A stretch of DNA of 64,000 nt, taken from Candidatus Omnitrophota bacterium (GTDB taxonomy: Bacteria; Omnitrophota; Gorgyraeia; Gygaellales; UBA12090). The DNA is taken from NCBI GenBank assembly GCA_030674475.1, contig JAUSCZ010000029.1:66357-130356 (forward strand). Direction: 5' to 3'. This document shows, piece by piece, positions 1 to 8,452 of the stretch. A program made the position numbers and the translations under genes. Numbering within the stretch: position 1 is the stretch's first letter; every line of letters starts with the position of its first letter. Below the pieces are notes generated by a model. That model had not been told where the DNA came from. It did no database searches and worked only from the letters and a program-made list of their open reading frames with translations.

Positions 1-1
1 T

Positions 2-184
2 AATTCTCCATATGTCGGGCCGGTAATGGAGAATGTGCAGGATAATTCCTATCCCATCTCCCGGCCGCTTCTGCTCTATACCAAAGGCCAGCCGCGGGGA
101 ATAGTTAAGGCCTTTGTGGACTTTGCCTTGTCGGCAGAGGGGCAGGAGATTGTCAAAAAGACTGATTTTGTGCCGATTAAATGA
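2..184 (+). CDS. pstS: Phosphate ABC transporter substrate-binding protein PstS, C-terminal fragment (5' end outside window)
   Basis: Open frame running to a TGA at 182-184 that overlaps the pstC ATG (ATGA). The C-terminal sequence ...GQPRGIVKAFVDFALSAEGQEIV is PstS-like, and pstCAB follow directly. Confidence 0.6.
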   Translation, partial: NSPYVGPVMENVQDNSYPISRPLLLYTKGQPRGIVKAFVDFALSAEGQEIVKKTDFVPIK

Positions 185-1053
185 AATTGCGCCAGATAAA
201 AGAATTCGTTATTGAAAAGCTGATTTTCCTAAGCGGAATAGCCTCCATACTCTTTGTCGTTCTCATCTTTGTTTTTTTGCTTAAAGAGGGAATAGCGTTT
301 TTTAGGGAGGTCCCGGCCAAGGATTTTATCGGGGGGAAATACTGGTATCCTATTTCTGATCCGGAGCGCTTTGGGATATTGCCGCTTATCCTGGGTTCAT
401 TACTGGTTACTTTTGGGGCGATACTCGTTTCGGTGCCGGTAAGCATTGCCTGCGCCTTTTATATATCCGAGGTGGCCCCGGTTAAATTAAAGGATATTTT
501 AAAGACCGGGATTGAGATGCTGGCGGCTATTCCTTCGGTAGTTTTGGGTTTTATCGGGATGACCACCTTGGTTCCCTGGGTAAAAAAAATATTCCACCTG
601 CCTACCGGACTGACTGCCTTATCCGGCTCAATTATGCTGGGGTTGATGGCCATGCCGACCATTATCAGTATATCGGAAGATGCCATCAATGCCGTGCCTA
701 AGTCTTACAAGGAAGGGGCCCTAGCCTTGGGGGCGACCCGCTGGCAGGCAATGTATCGGGTAGTTATTCACGCCGCGCTTCCCGGGATTATTGCCGCCTC
801 AATGCTGGGTATCGGCCGGGTAATCGGCGAGACAATGGCGGTGATGATGATTACCGGAAACGCCGCGGTTATCCCCCAGACCTTCTTACAGCCGGTGCGC
901 ACCCTGACTGCCACCATTGCCGCGGAGATGGGGGAAACGGTCCACGGCTCAAACCATTATTATTCCCTTTTTGCCATCGGGATAATCCTCTTTGTGCTTA
1001 CCTTTATTATCAATATTACCGCGGATATGTTTTTGCACCGGAATAAAAAATGA
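181..1053 (+). CDS. pstC: Phosphate ABC transporter permease PstC
   Basis: 290 aa, multi-transmembrane, with an ABC permease EAA-like loop. Sits between pstS and pstA. Confidence 0.9.
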   Translation: MKLRQIKEFVIEKLIFLSGIASILFVVLIFVFLLKEGIAFFREVPAKDFIGGKYWYPISDPERFGILPLILGSLLVTFGAILVSVPVSIACAFYISEVAPVKLKDILKTGIEMLAAIPSVVLGFIGMTTLVPWVKKIFHLPTGLTALSGSIMLGLMAMPTIISISEDAINAVPKSYKEGALALGATRWQAMYRVVIHAALPGIIAASMLGIGRVIGETMAVMMITGNAAVIPQTFLQPVRTLTATIAAEMGETVHGSNHYYSLFAIGIILFVLTFIINITADMFLHRNKK

Positions 1054-1117
1054 GCCCCGCTCCTCCTTATGAGAATGATATGGCTGATAGGATGATAGAA
1101 TATGAAGGAGGGGCGGG

Positions 1118-1963
1118 GTGAAGACGACCACTAAGCAAAAGATCGCCTTTAGTATTTTATTTCTCTGTACCATTATTGTTGTTTTGCCGGTTTTGTTTGT
1201 TTTGGGCGTGATTATTAAAAATGGCGCTAAGGGGATAAGCTGGCAGTTCTTGACTACTATGCCCTCTGATGGGATGCGCCAGGGAGGGATTTATCCGGCA
1301 ATCGTCGGGACATTATATCTGGTTTCCTTGTCAATAGTGTTTTCCCTGCCGGTAGGGGTAATGGCCGCGATATATCTTAATGAATATGCCAAAGATAATC
1401 TTTTGACCCGCCTGATTAGGCTGGCTATTGTAAATCTGGCCGGGGTTTCTTCGGTGGTTTACGGATTATTCGGCCTGGCCTTATTTGTTACTTTTATGAA
1501 ATTCGGGGTCTCTATTCTTTCCGGGGCGCTGACCCTGGCGATAATGAACCTACCGGTGATTATTACTGCCTCGCGGGAGGCATTGGCCAGCGTGCCTTAT
1601 TCTTTCCGGGAAGTGAGCCTTTCTCTTGGCCTAAGTCGGTGGCAGACCATCAGGCATTCGGTCCTGCCTTTCGCTATCCCCGGAATCTTGACCGGGGCAA
1701 TCTTGAGCCTGGCCCGGGCCGCCGGGGAAACCGCGCCGATCCTGTTTACGGTTGCCGCCTTTTATCTGCCTAATCTGCCTGTTTCCGTATTTGACCAAGC
1801 AATGGCTTTGCCTTATCATCTTTATATTATTTCTACCCAGATACCTAATATATCCATTCAGACCCGCTATGCCACAGCCTTTGTCCTGGTAGGGATAGTT
1901 TTTACGATGAATATTATTGCCGTAATCCTGCGTTCGCGCTTAAGAAAGAAGAAGAAATGGTAG
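1118..1963 (+). CDS. pstA: Phosphate ABC transporter permease PstA
   Basis: 281 aa permease, GTG start after a GGAGG ribosome-binding site. Its 3' end overlaps the pstB start. Confidence 0.88.
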   Translation: MKTTTKQKIAFSILFLCTIIVVLPVLFVLGVIIKNGAKGISWQFLTTMPSDGMRQGGIYPAIVGTLYLVSLSIVFSLPVGVMAAIYLNEYAKDNLLTRLIRLAIVNLAGVSSVVYGLFGLALFVTFMKFGVSILSGALTLAIMNLPVIITASREALASVPYSFREVSLSLGLSRWQTIRHSVLPFAIPGILTGAILSLARAAGETAPILFTVAAFYLPNLPVSVFDQAMALPYHLYIISTQIPNISIQTRYATAFVLVGIVFTMNIIAVILRSRLRKKKKW

Positions 1964-2748
1964 AAAACAAAGGTAAAAGTCAAAAGGAAAAAGGCAAAAG
2001 CCAGGTAAAGATTGAGGTTAAAGAGTTAAACATCTGGTTTGGGAAGGTTTTGGCTCTGAAGAGTCTTAATTTGGAAATTCAAAGTAATGAGATTTTAGGA
2101 GTAATTGGCCCGGCCTCCAGCGGTAAAACCTCTTTTTTAAGACAGCTTAACCGGCTTAATGAATTAGAGGCGGGTTTTCGCATGGAAGGAGAAGTTCTCT
2201 TAGATGAACGCGATATCTGTCGGATTAAACCGGAGCATTTAAGAAAAAATATAGGAATGATTTTTGCTCTTCCCCAAGTCTTGCCGATTTCAATTTATGA
2301 TAATGTTGTTTATGGTGTGCGTATGCACGATGGTAAAAGTAAAAGTGAATTAGACGCTATCGTTGAGGATTCGCTTAAGGCCTCGTTTCTCTGGGATGAG
2401 GTTAAGGATAGGCTTAAGGAATTTGCCACTAAGCTTTCCGGTGGACAGCAGCAGCGTTTGTGCATCTCCCGCACTCTGGCGGTCCGGCCGGAGGTGATTT
2501 TATTTGATGAGCCTTGTTCGGGATTAGACCCCATTTCCACTGCCAAGGTTGAGGAATCAATGCTTCGGCTTAAAGAGCAGTATACTATCGTTCTGGTTAC
2601 CAATAATACCAAGCAGGCTGCCAGGGTGGCTGACCGCACCGCGTTTTTCCTGATGGGGGAGCTGATAGAGATAGATAAGACCCATAAGATATTTACCGCG
2701 CCCCAGGATAAAAGAACCGAGGATTATATACAAGGAAGGTTTGGGTAA
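1957..2748 (+). CDS. pstB: Phosphate import ATP-binding protein PstB (copy 1)
   Basis: Walker A GPASSGKTS, ABC signature LSGGQQQRL, Walker B ILFDEP, and the C-terminal motif ...RTEDYIQGRFG typical of PstB. Confidence 0.92.
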   Translation: MVENKGKSQKEKGKSQVKIEVKELNIWFGKVLALKSLNLEIQSNEILGVIGPASSGKTSFLRQLNRLNELEAGFRMEGEVLLDERDICRIKPEHLRKNIGMIFALPQVLPISIYDNVVYGVRMHDGKSKSELDAIVEDSLKASFLWDEVKDRLKEFATKLSGGQQQRLCISRTLAVRPEVILFDEPCSGLDPISTAKVEESMLRLKEQYTIVLVTNNTKQAARVADRTAFFLMGELIEIDKTHKIFTAPQDKRTEDYIQGRFG

Positions 2749-2778
2749 AAAGCTATCAGCCTTCCGCCTTCGGCTTTC

Positions 2779-2806
2779 AGCCGATAGCCGATAGCCGATA
2801 GCCGAT
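2779..2806. repeat. Heptanucleotide tandem repeat (GCCGATA)x4 in the pstB-pstB intergenic spacer
   Basis: Direct reading: agccgatagccgatagccgatagccgatagc, preceded by the related motifs gctatcagc and ggctttcagc. Confidence 0.8.
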
Positions 2807-2812
2807 AGCATA

Positions 2813-3568
2813 ATGTCTAAGATAATCGCCAATAATTTAAATCTCTGGTACAGCGCCTTTCATGCTTTAAAGAGTATTAATCTGGCTTTTGAGGAGAAAC
2901 GCATTACCGCTATTATCGGCCCTTCAGGTTGCGGGAAGTCCACGCTTTTGAGGGTTTTTAACCGGATGAACGATTTGATTGAGGGGGTGCGTCTGGAAGG
3001 CGAGGCGCGCATTGATAGCGAAAATATTTTAGGCGGCAATTTTGATGATTTGGTGCGGTTGCGCAAAAAAGTAGGCATGGTTTTTCAAAGGCCTAATCCT
3101 TTTCCCCTCTCAGTGTATGAAAACATAACTTTTGGGCTCAAGGTGCATCATTTAGCCAAGAAAAAAGACTTTGATGCCATTGTTCAGGAGGCCTTAGAGT
3201 CGGTAATGCTTTGGAAGGATTTAAAGGATAAACTGCGTAAGAATGCCCTGGGGTTATCTTTGGAGCAAAAGCAGAGGCTGTGTATCGCCCGGTGCATCGC
3301 GGTTAAGCCGGATATTCTGCTTATGGATGAACCCTGCTCAGCCCTTGACCCGCAGGCAACCCTAAAGATAGAAGAGCTGATGCAGAAGCTTAAAAAAGAC
3401 TATACCATAGTTATTGTAACTCATAGTATGCAGCAGGCCGCGCGGGTCTCTGATGACGCGGGTTTTATGCTTTTAGGTGAGCTGGTTGAATTTGGAAAGA
3501 CGGTGCAGGTTTTTACCGCGCCCAAAGATAAAAGGACGGAAGAGTATATCACGGGAAGATACGGATAA
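2813..3568 (+). CDS. pstB: Phosphate import ATP-binding protein PstB (copy 2, diverged paralog)
   Basis: Walker A GPSGCGKST, LSLEQKQRL, LLMDEP, C-terminal RTEEYITGRYG. About half identical to copy 1, so a real paralog rather than an assembly duplicate. Confidence 0.92.
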   Translation: MSKIIANNLNLWYSAFHALKSINLAFEEKRITAIIGPSGCGKSTLLRVFNRMNDLIEGVRLEGEARIDSENILGGNFDDLVRLRKKVGMVFQRPNPFPLSVYENITFGLKVHHLAKKKDFDAIVQEALESVMLWKDLKDKLRKNALGLSLEQKQRLCIARCIAVKPDILLMDEPCSALDPQATLKIEELMQKLKKDYTIVIVTHSMQQAARVSDDAGFMLLGELVEFGKTVQVFTAPKDKRTEEYITGRYG

Positions 3569-3703
3569 TTGCAACCGCGGAGGCGCTGAATAACTGTTAG
3601 AAGTAAATGTTCCGCAGAAACACAGAAGAAGGCTTATTGAATTTCCGCGCTTCAGCGGAAAAGCATAATTTTTATTCAAATTCCGCGTTTTCAGCGGTTG
3701 CAA
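3569..3703. repeat. Intergenic element bounded by a 10-bp inverted repeat (ttgcaaccgc ... gcggttgcaa), containing a copy of the 'gaagtaaatgttccgcaga' repeat
   Basis: ttgcaaccgc at 3569-3578 and its reverse complement at 3694-3703. Internal ttccgcgcttcagcggaaa hairpin. Positions 3577-3623 match 55396-55440 at the polA 3' end. Confidence 0.55.
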
Positions 3704-3713
3704 GGGAGGGAAA

Positions 3714-4379
3714 ATGGAAAGAATATTTGATGAAGAGTTAAAGCAGCTGCGTCAATACATATTGACTATGGCGTCATTAGTTGAAGAGGCCATTTTTAAA
3801 TCAATAGAGGCGCTTAAGCAAAGGGATAAATCGCTGGCTGAAGCAGTGATTGCTTCCGATAAAAAGATAGACGAGTTAGAAAATAAAATTGATGAATTTT
3901 GCTTAGACCTTATCGCGCTTCGCCAGCCGGTTGCCCAGGACTTGCGTTTTATTACTATGGCGATGCAAAGCGATGCTGACCTTGAGCGGATGGCGGATTT
4001 GGCGGTAGACATTGCCCAGAGGGCAGAAGAGCTTATCGCTCAACCGCCGTTAAAACCATTAATTGATATTCCGAAATTGGCCGAAATTGCCCAGAAAATG
4101 GTAAAAGAGGCAATAGACGCCTTTATTAATAAGGACGTAGAATTAGCAAAGAAGGTTGTCTTTGCGGATAGAGAAGCAGACGCGCTTCGTGATTTGATTC
4201 AGAAGGAATTGATTTACGATTATATGGTAAAAGATGGCTCAACCGCGCCTCGCGCGGTTCCCTTAATTTTAGTTACCCGCCATTTAGAGCGTATCTGCGA
4301 CCACGCCACCAATATCGCTGAAGACGTGATTTATATGACAGACGCAAAGATGGTCAGGCATCATCCCGAGAAACTCTGA
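3714..4379 (+). CDS. phoU: Phosphate-specific transport system accessory protein PhoU
   Basis: 221 aa, two PhoU repeats (ELENKIDEFCLDLIALRQPVAQDLRF ... DREADALRDLIQKEL), directly downstream of pstB. Confidence 0.9.
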   Translation: MERIFDEELKQLRQYILTMASLVEEAIFKSIEALKQRDKSLAEAVIASDKKIDELENKIDEFCLDLIALRQPVAQDLRFITMAMQSDADLERMADLAVDIAQRAEELIAQPPLKPLIDIPKLAEIAQKMVKEAIDAFINKDVELAKKVVFADREADALRDLIQKELIYDYMVKDGSTAPRAVPLILVTRHLERICDHATNIAEDVIYMTDAKMVRHHPEKL

Positions 4380-4422
4380 TACGCATATAGCAAATGGCAT
4401 ATGGAAAATAATAAGTAATTAT

Positions 4423-5103
4423 ATGGGGAAAGAGGAAAACTATAAAAGAATCAAGAAATTCTGCCTTAATTGGGGAGCGGATTTATTCGGCACAGCCGAT
4501 GTTTCTTCGCTTAAAGATGGTTTTGCCGTTTCAGTCAAGGCCGCCAAAGACTTAAACACCGCGATTTCTCTGGGGGTGCGGGTTTCATCAGGGGTTCTTT
4601 CAGAAATCGAAAATCAACCGACCAAGCTTTACTTTCACCACTATCGCGTGGTAAATATGTTTTTGGATCAGCTGGCCTTGCGCCTGAGTAACTTTATCCA
4701 GAATTCAGGCTCTCAAGCCTTGCCTATCCCGGCTTCAATAATCGTGGACTGGCAGAAACAGACCGCTCATCTTTCGCATAAACATATAGGGCATTTGGCC
4801 GGCCTGGGCTGGATAGGCCGAAATAACCTGTTGGTGAATAAGAGGCTGGGCAGTCAATTCCGCTTAGTAACCGTGCTTACGGATATGCCTTTAAAATATG
4901 ATAAACCAACAAAAGAAGATTGTGGAAAATGCCGGGCTTGTGTGGTAATATGTCCGGTAAAGGCTATAAAGGAAAAAAAAGAGGATTTTGACCATTTGGG
5001 TTGTTTTGAACTGCTGAAGGAATTCCAACGGCAGAAGGTAGTAGAACAGTATATCTGCGGAATCTGCGTTAAAGCCTGCAATCGCAAGGACCACGAAAAA
5101 TAG
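4423..5103 (+). CDS. Short epoxyqueuosine reductase QueG-like 4Fe-4S protein
   Basis: The central block GLGWIGRNNLLVNKRLGSQFRLVTVLTDMPL plus the ferredoxin motif CGKCRACVVICP match the QueG core. Only 226 aa, so it lacks the C-terminal HEAT-like region of canonical QueG. Confidence 0.5.
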   Translation: MGKEENYKRIKKFCLNWGADLFGTADVSSLKDGFAVSVKAAKDLNTAISLGVRVSSGVLSEIENQPTKLYFHHYRVVNMFLDQLALRLSNFIQNSGSQALPIPASIIVDWQKQTAHLSHKHIGHLAGLGWIGRNNLLVNKRLGSQFRLVTVLTDMPLKYDKPTKEDCGKCRACVVICPVKAIKEKKEDFDHLGCFELLKEFQRQKVVEQYICGICVKACNRKDHEK

Positions 5104-5157
5104 CGTTATTAAACTGAAAGGACGTTGGGAGCGCAGAAATAATTTCGCGCTTTCGCG

Positions 5158-5862
5158 GTGGTAAAAATGCCAAAAGCCGGTAATCATATTGAAGCCCTTT
5201 CCAAGATAGCCCAGGCTATTACATCGGAGCTTTATCTGGACGACATCCTGCGCTTGATAGTTACGGTTACCGCCCAGACCCTGGGTTCAAAAATCTGCTC
5301 TTTAATGCTCTTAGATGAGAAGAAACAGGAGCTGATTATCCGGGCAACCCAGTCTATATCCGAGAGCTATAACAAAAAGCCGCCTCTAAAAATCGGCGAG
5401 GGCATTGCCGGTAAGGCAGTCTTAGAAAAAAGGCCGATCGCGGTGTATGATGTCCTTCAGGAAAAGGAGTATAAATATAAAGATATAGCCAAGAAGGAAA
5501 GCCTGGCTTCTTTGTTGTGTGTTCCGATGATGGTAAGAGGAAAGGTAATCGGAGTTATCAATCTTTATACTTCCAAGCCTCATAGCTTTACCAAGAACGA
5601 AATCCATATGCTGACTACCGTGGCTAATCAGGCGGCAATGGTGATTGAAAATACCGAATTGATAGTAAAGAGCCGGATTATTCAGGAAGAGCTGGAGACC
5701 CGCAAGGTTGTGGAAAAGGCTAAAGGGATATTGATGCGGGAACAAGGCCTGCCTGAGGATGAGGCCTATCGGACGATTCAGAAATATAGTATGAACTCGC
5801 GTAAGTCAATGCGCCAGGTAGCTGAGGCGATTGTTACCGCGCAAGCGGTCAAGGGAAAGTAA
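5158..5862 (+). CDS. GAF domain / ANTAR RNA-binding antitermination regulator
   Basis: N-terminal GAF-like region and C-terminal ANTAR signature (VEKAKGILMREQGLPEDEAYRTIQKYSMNSRKSMRQVAEAIV). Confidence 0.7.
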   Translation: MVKMPKAGNHIEALSKIAQAITSELYLDDILRLIVTVTAQTLGSKICSLMLLDEKKQELIIRATQSISESYNKKPPLKIGEGIAGKAVLEKRPIAVYDVLQEKEYKYKDIAKKESLASLLCVPMMVRGKVIGVINLYTSKPHSFTKNEIHMLTTVANQAAMVIENTELIVKSRIIQEELETRKVVEKAKGILMREQGLPEDEAYRTIQKYSMNSRKSMRQVAEAIVTAQAVKGK

Positions 5863-6134
5863 TGGATTGGCGTATTTTTTTTACCGCGTTTACTACAATA
5901 CTTGTCGCGGAGTTAGCGGATAAGACTGAGATGGCAATTTTAAGTATGACCGCGAAAACCAAGTCCCCTTGGCCGATATTTTGCGGGGCGATGCTGGCGT
6001 TCGCGGTGGCAACCCTTTTAGCGGTTTTGTTAGGGGACGCGGTAGCAAAATGTGTGCCTATCCATATCTTGCGTTTTGTAAGCGCGGGTATATTTATTCT
6101 TATCGGAGTCTTGACGTTATTGGGAAAACTCTAA
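5862..6134 (+). CDS. UPF0016 (GDT1/TMEM165/MneA-like) family membrane protein, single-repeat half-size form
   Basis: 90 aa with three predicted helices and the E-x-A-D-K-T motif (VAELADKTEMA). Start overlaps the stop of the ANTAR gene (TAATGG). Confidence 0.6.
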   Translation: MDWRIFFTAFTTILVAELADKTEMAILSMTAKTKSPWPIFCGAMLAFAVATLLAVLLGDAVAKCVPIHILRFVSAGIFILIGVLTLLGKL

Positions 6135-6135
6135 G

Positions 6136-6762
6136 ATGCGGGAAACGGAAGCGGTAAAAGAGGCGGCGAAACTTATCGGAATCTCTATCCGCACCGCGCC
6201 CAAAAGCGCGGGGGTGGATGATATTTCATATAAGATATTAAATGATTCTGAAAAGACCGCTTTGGTTAATGAAATTAAGAGGATGACCGTTTTTCTGATT
6301 AAGGAAAATAGCGGAGATATGACCAAAAAGGCGATAGAGCTGGATTGGCATAGCGACGCCGACGCGATTGATAAGTCTGATTGCCTGATCATTATAGGGG
6401 TCAAAGGCAGAAAGCCCTTGGGTTTTAACTGCGGAGGATGCGGCTTTAAAGGCTGTCAGGAATTCTTAAGCGCCCTTCGTCCGGAAACTATATTTATGCC
6501 CGGGCCTTTCTGTATTTTTAAGCTCCTGGACTTAGGGATTGCTATCTCCAGCGCTGCCAAGAGCGCCTCTACCTTGAATATTGATAACCGGATAATGTAC
6601 CGGGCGGGGTTGGCCGGATATAAATTAGGCCTGCTGAATGAGTGTAATCCTGTTCTCGGTCTTCCCCTTTGTTCGTCCGGAAAAAATATTTATTTTGACC
6701 GTAAGGAAAAATTAGAAGCCAAAGACCTCTGGAAACAGATCAATAGTATGATATCTAAGTAA
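6136..6762 (+). CDS. Cys-rich ferredoxin-like domain protein (DUF2148-like)
   Basis: 208 aa with an NCGGCGFKGC cysteine cluster. Product call is tentative. Confidence 0.45.
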   Translation: MRETEAVKEAAKLIGISIRTAPKSAGVDDISYKILNDSEKTALVNEIKRMTVFLIKENSGDMTKKAIELDWHSDADAIDKSDCLIIIGVKGRKPLGFNCGGCGFKGCQEFLSALRPETIFMPGPFCIFKLLDLGIAISSAAKSASTLNIDNRIMYRAGLAGYKLGLLNECNPVLGLPLCSSGKNIYFDRKEKLEAKDLWKQINSMISK

Positions 6763-6778
6763 TAATTTAAGTAACATG

Positions 6779-6908
6779 AAAATGACTAATGGCTAAATCC
6801 GAATGACGAATGAATGTCTAATAGCCCAATGACCAAATATCGAATTTCTTATTTAACATTAGGCGTTGGTCATTCATTCGGAATTCGTCATTAGAAATTC
6901 GGCATTAA
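6779..6908. repeat. MITE-like interspersed repeat family A, copy 1 (terminal inverted repeats around aatgacgaa / ttcgtcatt)
   Basis: About 125-bp AT-rich element with imperfect terminal inverted repeats. Homologous copies at 25679-25805, 48258-48380 and 59287-59411 (the last in inverted orientation). Confidence 0.8.
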
Positions 6909-6948
6909 CATGTTATTAGACATATTATACGAGGAGGGGGGTAAGAAA

Positions 6949-7434
6949 ATGGATGAGATTTTAGAGATTTTGGAAAAGGATGCCCGGGCCACGCCCGAAG
7001 AGATTGCCCGGATGCTCAAAAAAGATGTTTCTTCAGTCAAAAAGGCAATCAATAAATACGAGAAAGACAGGGTAATCCTGAAATATAAGGCGGTGATAAA
7101 TAAAGAGCTTATCCGCGACGAGGAATCGGATGTCCGGGCGCTGATTGAGGTAAACATCGTGCCTCAGAAGGATTTAGGCTTTGATAAGATTGCCGAGAGG
7201 ATATATTCATTTCCGGAGGTAACCAGTTGTTATCTTATTTCCGGGACCTACGATTTATTAGTAGTGGTTGAGGGAAAGAATATGCATACGGTCTCTAATT
7301 TTGTGGCCGAGAAGCTTTCCTGTATGGAGAATGTCCGGGGCACGGTAACCCATTTCTTGCTTAAAAAATACAAGGAAGACGGCGTATTACTGAAACACAA
7401 GGAGGAGAACAAGAGAATAGCGATTTCATATTAG
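6949..7434 (+). CDS. Lrp/AsnC family transcriptional regulator
   Basis: N-terminal helix-turn-helix (ILEILEKDARATPEEIARMLK) plus a C-terminal RAM domain. The ATG at 6949 follows a strong GAGGAGGGGGG ribosome-binding site; the 6910 ATG lies inside the repeat. Confidence 0.85.
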   Translation: MDEILEILEKDARATPEEIARMLKKDVSSVKKAINKYEKDRVILKYKAVINKELIRDEESDVRALIEVNIVPQKDLGFDKIAERIYSFPEVTSCYLISGTYDLLVVVEGKNMHTVSNFVAEKLSCMENVRGTVTHFLLKKYKEDGVLLKHKEENKRIAISY

Positions 7435-7467
7435 ACTCTTCCTTAACCAAAAAAGAAAGGAGTTACA

Positions 7468-8352
7468 ATGTTGAAGAAGATCGGATTGGTGTCTTTAATT
7501 TTAGCCTGGGTCGGAGTTACGGTTATATCGGCGAATTTTGCCGCGGTGTCTACTGAGCAGTGGGGCGTGATTATGAATCTTTCCGGAAGACAGAGAATGC
7601 TTTCCCAGAAGATGACCAAGGAGGCGCTTCTGGCTACTTCCGGAATAAATGCCGAGGAAAACCGTAAGAATTTGAAAGAGACAATGAACACTTTTGAGAA
7701 GGTCTTAAAAGGCCTGCGGGACGGAGACGCATCTTTGAATCTGCCTGCCTGCGAAAATGAGGAAATTACCGCCAAGTTGGATAAGATAAACCTTTTGTTT
7801 GATGAGATGATTCCGTTATTATCCAAGGTTACCGAAGGGGGAGTTCTTACGCCGGTTGAACTGCCGGTATTAGCCAAGCTGAATCTGCCTATTCTCACCA
7901 CGATGGATTCAACGGTTAAGATGTTTGAGCAGGAAGCGGGAAAGGTTTTAACTAAAGACCCGGCCTTAGCCCTGGTAATTAACCTGGCCGGAAAACAGCG
8001 GATGCTTACCCAGAAGATGTCTAAAGAGGCTCTGCTGATGTATTTAAAGATTGATATGGTAAGTAATAGTAAGATGTTGCGCGATACGGCTTCGCTTTTT
8101 GACCGGACTTTGAAAGGGCTCAAAGACGGCGACAGCGAACTCGGCCTTCCTATAAACAGAGATGAGGGAATAATATCCCAGTTGGATTTGGTCGGCAGTT
8201 TCTGGTCCGCGGTCAAGCCCCTGGTAGAGAAGACTTCTAATATGGACAATTATGTTTCTAAAGAGGAGACGGCCGCGGTGGTGGAACTGTTGAGCACCAT
8301 CCTGAAAGAAATGGACAAAGCCGTCAAGATGTATGAGGCCTTGTCTAAATAA
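7468..8352 (+). CDS. Secreted protein with two tandem PilJ/P-box-like sensor repeats (NLSGRQRMLSQKMTKEALL and NLAGKQRMLTQKMSKEALL)
   Basis: Signal peptide. The duplicated ~130-aa module carries the xAGRQRMLSQ motif typical of the PilJ N-terminal / NarX P-box ligand-sensing domain. No transmembrane or output domain. Confidence 0.55.
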   Translation: MLKKIGLVSLILAWVGVTVISANFAAVSTEQWGVIMNLSGRQRMLSQKMTKEALLATSGINAEENRKNLKETMNTFEKVLKGLRDGDASLNLPACENEEITAKLDKINLLFDEMIPLLSKVTEGGVLTPVELPVLAKLNLPILTTMDSTVKMFEQEAGKVLTKDPALALVINLAGKQRMLTQKMSKEALLMYLKIDMVSNSKMLRDTASLFDRTLKGLKDGDSELGLPINRDEGIISQLDLVGSFWSAVKPLVEKTSNMDNYVSKEETAAVVELLSTILKEMDKAVKMYEALSK

Positions 8353-8396
8353 CTACCACTGGGAAAATTTGTAAAGACCGTAAGATTGCGATTTTA

Positions 8397-8432
8397 CTTG
8401 ACTTAGGTAAATTGTTGTGTTATTTTAATCCA
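8397..8432 (+). promoter_or_regulatory. Candidate sigma70-type promoter (TTGACT, 17-nt spacer, TATTTTA) upstream of the OmpA-like gene
   Basis: ttgacttaggtaaattgttgtgttatttta read directly from sequence. Confidence 0.3.
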
Positions 8433-8452
8433 AAGGGATAGAATTTCCTCTT

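Noticed and set aside
1957-3568. pstB duplication as an assembly artifact
   Set aside because: The two copies differ in length (263 vs 251 aa) and in about half their residues, and they have distinct flanks. They are genuine paralogs.
5969-6157. 62-aa + strand ORF overlapping the UPF0016 gene out of frame
   Set aside because: Arg/Gly-rich out-of-frame translation of a membrane protein gene. No independent support.
7443-8249. 268-aa minus-strand ORF
   Set aside because: Entirely antisense to the well-supported PilJ-repeat gene on +. Ser/Ile/Phe-rich low-complexity translation with no motifs. A typical shadow ORF.
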